64,000 bases of DNA from an uncultured Acidobacteriota bacterium (lineage in GTDB: Bacteria; Acidobacteriota; UBA6911): assembly GCA_963809485.1 (NCBI GenBank), contig CAWEJX010000020.1:576001-640000 (forward strand), in the 5' to 3' direction. Shown piece by piece: positions 59,964 to 64,000 of the stretch. Within the stretch, counting starts at the first letter, position 1, and each line of letters begins with the position of its first letter. The notes under the pieces were generated by a model. The model was not told where the DNA came from. It worked only from the letters and a program-made list of their open reading frames with translations, and did no database searches. The position numbers and the translations under genes were made by a program.

Positions 59964-60485
59964 ATGGTTGAATTCACTTCTGAGCCGCAAAAGAGCTTGC
60001 GCCCGAAAACACTCCTTATTGCCGCCATCGTTCTGGTTGTCCTCCTGGGCGGGGTTTTTCTTTATGTCCGCTGCCAGCGCAGCATGCAGCCTCGCACGGG
60101 CGGTTCTGCGGTCGTGGTACCCGATCTGCTGAGGCCGGGGAATACGAATTTCGAATACTACAAAACCAGGATTCGCATTGAGAACGTCAAGGCAAGCCTC
60201 GGAATCAGTTTCAATAACGCCAGGATCGCCATCATTTCGGGACAGATTCTCAATGATGGAGACCGCAAGCTGGAGGCCTTGGAACTGCATATTACCCTGT
60301 ATGACGCCTGGGGGAAGGTTTCCAAGGAGCGGACCGCTTTCGCGCTCCGGCCCGGTGCCGGATACAGCGGGAAACCCATGGAACCTTTGGAAAAGCGGCC
60401 CTTCACAATAGGAGTTGAGGCCGTGGAGTATTATTGGAACCCGAGGCAGATCACCTACGAAATAACCGGCCTGAAGTATAAATAA
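59964..60485 (+). CDS. Single-TM hypothetical protein with Ig-like (FxLYD/DUF3426-like) domain
   Basis: TM helix then 'G.ILNDGDRKL..LEL.ITLYD..G'. Confidence 0.6.
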   Translation: MVEFTSEPQKSLRPKTLLIAAIVLVVLLGGVFLYVRCQRSMQPRTGGSAVVVPDLLRPGNTNFEYYKTRIRIENVKASLGISFNNARIAIISGQILNDGDRKLEALELHITLYDAWGKVSKERTAFALRPGAGYSGKPMEPLEKRPFTIGVEAVEYYWNPRQITYEITGLKYK

Positions 60486-60492
60486 TTGACCA

Positions 60493-61788
60493 TTGAAAAC
60501 AGACATGAGGATTGAAGAAATCTGCAAGGCCGCTCGTGAACGCCGGTTTATCAAACATCAATCGTCAATCGTCAATCTTCAATTGTTTGCGGTTGTTCTG
60601 ATGGTCCTACCCCTTGCGGCCTGCGCGCGCTCGATATCCCGCGAGGAACGCGAGGCAAACCACTATTTCGCCGAAATTCTCAAACGCGAAGACCGCCGGT
60701 TTATGGGGGAGGATGGTTTTTGGGAAAAGAACCTGCTCTCCAACCCATCCATCGAGGTCAGGCAATGGTGCGCCCTGGCCCTCGGCCGCATTGCATCCCC
60801 CAGCGCGCTGCCCTGGCTCTACCGGTCTCTTCACGCAGTCGAGGCGTCCGTCCGCGCCACATCGGCTTTTGCCATCGGTGAAATCGAGGACCGTGAGCTT
60901 ACAGGTGCGCGGTTGAGGCCAGTGGATCTGCAGGCCGTGTCGGAGTTGAAAGCGATGCTGGACGATTCCTCCCTAATGGTGCGCATGCGCGTCACCGAAG
61001 CGCTGGGCAAAATCGGGGGACCGGCCGAAGCGGAGGAAATCGTAAAGCGCCTGGGGCGCTTTCCTTACCATGGACGGCCGGAGGAGCGCGCGTATCTTGG
61101 CTTCTGCATCACTGCCTTGATGCGGCTGAACGATCCCTGCGCAATTCCTGTCCTGGAAAAAATGACGGAGTTTGATGACCAGGAGATCAGGCGGCAGTCA
61201 GCGAATGCGCTTAAGCAAATGCGCATGGGCAACTCCCTCCCATCAATTCCCGCCGCCCATACTTCTAAAGATGTTCAAAATTCCAGTCCCTCAAATCCAA
61301 CCATCACCGATGCCCTCGCCTATGCTTTTGCCGCAGACCGCAAAAACAGCACTATCGCTATTCTGGATACCACGCAGGGCTCTATCGAAATCGAGCTGTT
61401 CCGCCAGGATGCTCCGGCCACGGCCGCCGGATTCGTTTTGCAGGCACAGGGAGGACGCCTCAACAGACTGGAGTTTACTCGCGAGAGCCCGTCTCTTTTG
61501 GTGGCTCGGATGCCTCAAGGCCTGCCTGCGGCCTGGACCTTGCGCTCCGAGGTTAATATGCGACCGTTTGAAAAAGGGAGCGTCGGCCTGATTCTGCTGC
61601 CAAAAGAATCTACAGTAGGCGGCGTTTTTATCGCGCTGGCGCCGCAACCGCAAATGGACGGCACGTACACTTGCTTCGGCAGGATTATCAGCGGCCTGCA
61701 GGCAGCCGAAAGGATGACGCCGGACGACCGCATCAGGCAGGTACGGATCAAGGAAACGATCAGTTTTCAAGATTACGGCCGTTATTGA
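60493..61788 (+). CDS. HEAT-repeat + cyclophilin-like lipoprotein (true start probably 60583-60601)
   Basis: Lipobox LAAC; HEAT repeats 'VR...ALALGRI'; 'TTQGSIEIELF..DAP.T', 'PQMDGTYTCFGRI..G'. Confidence 0.8.
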   Translation: MKTDMRIEEICKAARERRFIKHQSSIVNLQLFAVVLMVLPLAACARSISREEREANHYFAEILKREDRRFMGEDGFWEKNLLSNPSIEVRQWCALALGRIASPSALPWLYRSLHAVEASVRATSAFAIGEIEDRELTGARLRPVDLQAVSELKAMLDDSSLMVRMRVTEALGKIGGPAEAEEIVKRLGRFPYHGRPEERAYLGFCITALMRLNDPCAIPVLEKMTEFDDQEIRRQSANALKQMRMGNSLPSIPAAHTSKDVQNSSPSNPTITDALAYAFAADRKNSTIAILDTTQGSIEIELFRQDAPATAAGFVLQAQGGRLNRLEFTRESPSLLVARMPQGLPAAWTLRSEVNMRPFEKGSVGLILLPKESTVGGVFIALAPQPQMDGTYTCFGRIISGLQAAERMTPDDRIRQVRIKETISFQDYGRY

Positions 61789-61841
61789 CCCGGCGCGAAC
61801 AATGTGCCGTTCGCTCTTTTTTCAAGTTCCCGGGGGGCTCT

Positions 61842-62606
61842 ATGGCAGGCGGGGTGGAACTCATTTTCGCGGGATTGGCTGCCGTTGCGGCCGGCGCCGT
61901 CAATGCGCTGGCCGGAGGAGGCACGCTGATCACCTTCCCCACGCTTGTTGCCCTCGGCATTACGCCAGTCGCCGCCAATGTCACAAACACTGTTGCGCTC
62001 TGCCCCGGCTACCTGGGCGGGGCTATCGCACAATTGAGCGATTTGCAGGGCCAGAAGGCACGGCTGCGGATTCTCCTGATTGCCGGAGCAGCCGGAGGAA
62101 TCCTGGGAGGATGGCTGCTGCTTGTCTCCGGGGAGCGGATTTTTAAGACGCTTGTGCCCTTCCTGATCCTGTTTGCTTCCGGCCTGCTCGCAATGCGCAG
62201 CCCGATCCGGGCGTCGATTGCCGGCCGTTCAGGCAGGGCGGCAACCCGACCGATTGCCGGGATCTGGCTTGCCCTTCCTATTGCCCTGGCCGCGATTTAC
62301 GGGGGCTATTTCGGCGCCGGCCTCAGCATCATAGTTCTTTCGGTGCTCGGTCTGATGACCGGAGACTCGGTGACCCGGCTGAACGCGACCAAACAAGCCG
62401 TCAGCCTTGTTGTCAACACCGCCGCCGCCCTGCTATTCATGCTTTCCGGGCATGTTCTCTGGTCCTTCGCCATGGTAATGGCTCTCGGATCTCTGCTCGG
62501 CGGAGTCCTGGGAGGCCGTCTGGCCGGCCGCATCAATCCATCCGCACTCCAATGGACGGTCGTTGCCATCGGCATCACCGTCGCCATTATCTATTTCATC
62601 CGCTGA
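61842..62606 (+). CDS. Sulfite exporter TauE/SafE family protein
   Basis: 'AGAVNALAGGGTLITFP', 'ANVTN', 'YGGYFGAG'. Confidence 0.88.
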   Translation: MAGGVELIFAGLAAVAAGAVNALAGGGTLITFPTLVALGITPVAANVTNTVALCPGYLGGAIAQLSDLQGQKARLRILLIAGAAGGILGGWLLLVSGERIFKTLVPFLILFASGLLAMRSPIRASIAGRSGRAATRPIAGIWLALPIALAAIYGGYFGAGLSIIVLSVLGLMTGDSVTRLNATKQAVSLVVNTAAALLFMLSGHVLWSFAMVMALGSLLGGVLGGRLAGRINPSALQWTVVAIGITVAIIYFIR

Positions 62607-62913
62607 AACCATCGCGGGACAGCCGCCCCAGACTCCGTCAATCAGAACGATGGAAGCGGGTACATGCCGCAGCAGAAGGGGTAAAGGATCAGAGGGGCCA
62701 AGGATCAAAGGGTTTTAGGCAGTCCGGGCGATTTCGGGTCATTTTGTCATTCAACAAGCTTTGGCTTTGCTGGAGTCGCCGGGCATCTCCGCTTCGACGC
62801 GCCGCTTCGTCGTCTCGTAATGGCCGGCGCCGCCACGGCTCAAGGTCGGTTGTTCAGGAAGTGGATCCGGTCCAGTGTCAGGGGATGCTGCACGATAAGC
62901 ACGCCGGTGCCGC

Positions 62914-63177
62914 CTTGCTGGCACCGTCGCGCACCTCCCCGAAACCCGAAATGCCCTGATTGGCGTCGATCCTCAACAGGGTGACCCTAAATGGCGCCCC
63001 GGTAATCACGGCCGTGCGCAGATCGGTGATTCTCAGGTCCGAAGGTTTGGAGTTTGTTTTGGTGTTCTGCGGCACCGACGCCAGAGTTTCATCCGCCCAG
63101 AACGCCGCGCCCAGCGCACCGGCGCCTGCACGCAAAAGCGACCGGCGCCCAGTCGGCCTCGCCATGAATTTATCCAT
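62914..63177 (-). pseudogene. N-terminal fragment of a Tat-signal mandelate racemase/MLE family protein
   Basis: 'RRSLL' Tat motif; 'NSKPSDLRITDLR...LRIDANQGISGFGEVRDGASK', then homology stops and the ORF ends. Confidence 0.7.
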
Positions 63178-63405
63178 AAGCCTATTTCCTATAACGTAGG
63201 GTTCGCTGAGTTTTTAATATTTTGGGCCGATTCTATGGCGCTCGGCCCATAATTCCAATCCCATTCTAGCATTGGAATCATGGATGTCCGGATGAAGCGT
63301 GCTATATTCGGATCCATCCAGGCTTTGGGATCCTGGAGGGATAAAAACAACCTCGAAAATCGCGGTTGGCGGAAAGCAGCCCGGCGAAGCGAAAGGATTC
63401 GGTTT

Positions 63406-63834
63406 ATGCTTCCAGAAATCGTGCGCACGGTGATATCCAGGTTGGCACAGACTGTCAGGGGGGATACGAAGGCCGGTCGACCGCCGCTGTTTCTCGGGTT
63501 TGAACATTCCGGGCTGTATCCGCTTCGCACGAACGCGAAAACCCTGGCCTCCTGGTACAGGGACACCTTCGGATTTGAACTCACAGAGGAAAATGCATCG
63601 TACTTTCTCTCCGGGGCGGGTGCGGGACGTCTCGAAATCATGAAAAACACTTCGGGGGAAGCTCATGTTCACATTGCGATCCACGTATCCGATTTCGAGG
63701 AAGCTGTCGCCGCCCTGCGTGCGAAAAACGTGCGGATGAGGGAACCCATACTCCAGCCGGACCTGAAAATCGTTTACATCGAGGATCCGGATCCCGAGGG
63801 AAATCCCGTGCATTTGTGGTGGAGCGGCAAGTAA
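63406..63834 (+). CDS. VOC/glyoxalase family protein
   Basis: 'GFEHSGL', 'WYRDTFGF', 'HIAIHVSDFE', 'DPEGNPVHL'; AAAGGA RBS. Confidence 0.8.
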   Translation: MLPEIVRTVISRLAQTVRGDTKAGRPPLFLGFEHSGLYPLRTNAKTLASWYRDTFGFELTEENASYFLSGAGAGRLEIMKNTSGEAHVHIAIHVSDFEEAVAALRAKNVRMREPILQPDLKIVYIEDPDPEGNPVHLWWSGK

Positions 63835-63861
63835 GTATGCTCCGGCAGAGCCGGAGGCTTT
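63831..63861 (-). repeat. Orphan IS200/IS605-type right-end hairpin (variant)
   Basis: Minus strand AAAG-CCTCCGGCTCTGCCGGAG-CATAC-TTAC, same architecture as the RE of the main family. Confidence 0.65.
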
Positions 63862-64000
63862 ATGGTTGTATGCCTGCGCGATTCCCGGTTCCGTTGCCGT
63901 CCGCTGATGCGCCCATAATATCCCGAAGCTGCGTTCAATTCTTTTTGAGTTATCCTCACTGTCGGATACACTGGCACCGGAAGGTATGATCGTGGGTGAA

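Overview
GC-rich chromosomal window from a probably anaerobic, diderm bacterium. The gene content (Oar-like TonB receptor, PPC-domain secreted protein, lpxC) suggests Acidobacteriota, which is inference. It contains: a VAO-type flavoprotein / CCG Fe-S / flavoprotein trio next to a corrinoid reductive activator (RACo/ASKHA); a trpE-G-C-F-B-A operon with an unannotated Trp-rich leader peptide and attenuator; lpxC; a tungsten cluster (HTH-PBP regulator, tupABC, AOR, HD protein, two moeA); two divergent radical SAM genes; PBP1; a BREX/DUF6079-like orphan; a DegT aminotransferase; a frameshifted alpha-2-macroglobulin; a TonB receptor; a yedE-yedF-desulfurase-DUF3343 selenium/sulfur cluster; and several envelope and hydrolase genes. 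The most striking non-genic signal is a family of transposase-less IS200/IS605-type palindromic elements (7 copies plus one orphan end). Their end sequences obey the guide/cleavage-site pairing code known from IS608 (LE guide TAAA to target TAAT/TGAT; RE guide CAAG to TGAC; orphan AAAG to TTAC). The full-length copies carry nested inverted repeats around a 33-bp core that contains an SD+ATG and is flipped between copies. Three single-base-insertion frameshifts (trpA 5' end, A2M, yedE) suggest consensus errors. No rRNA, tRNA or CRISPR array was seen.
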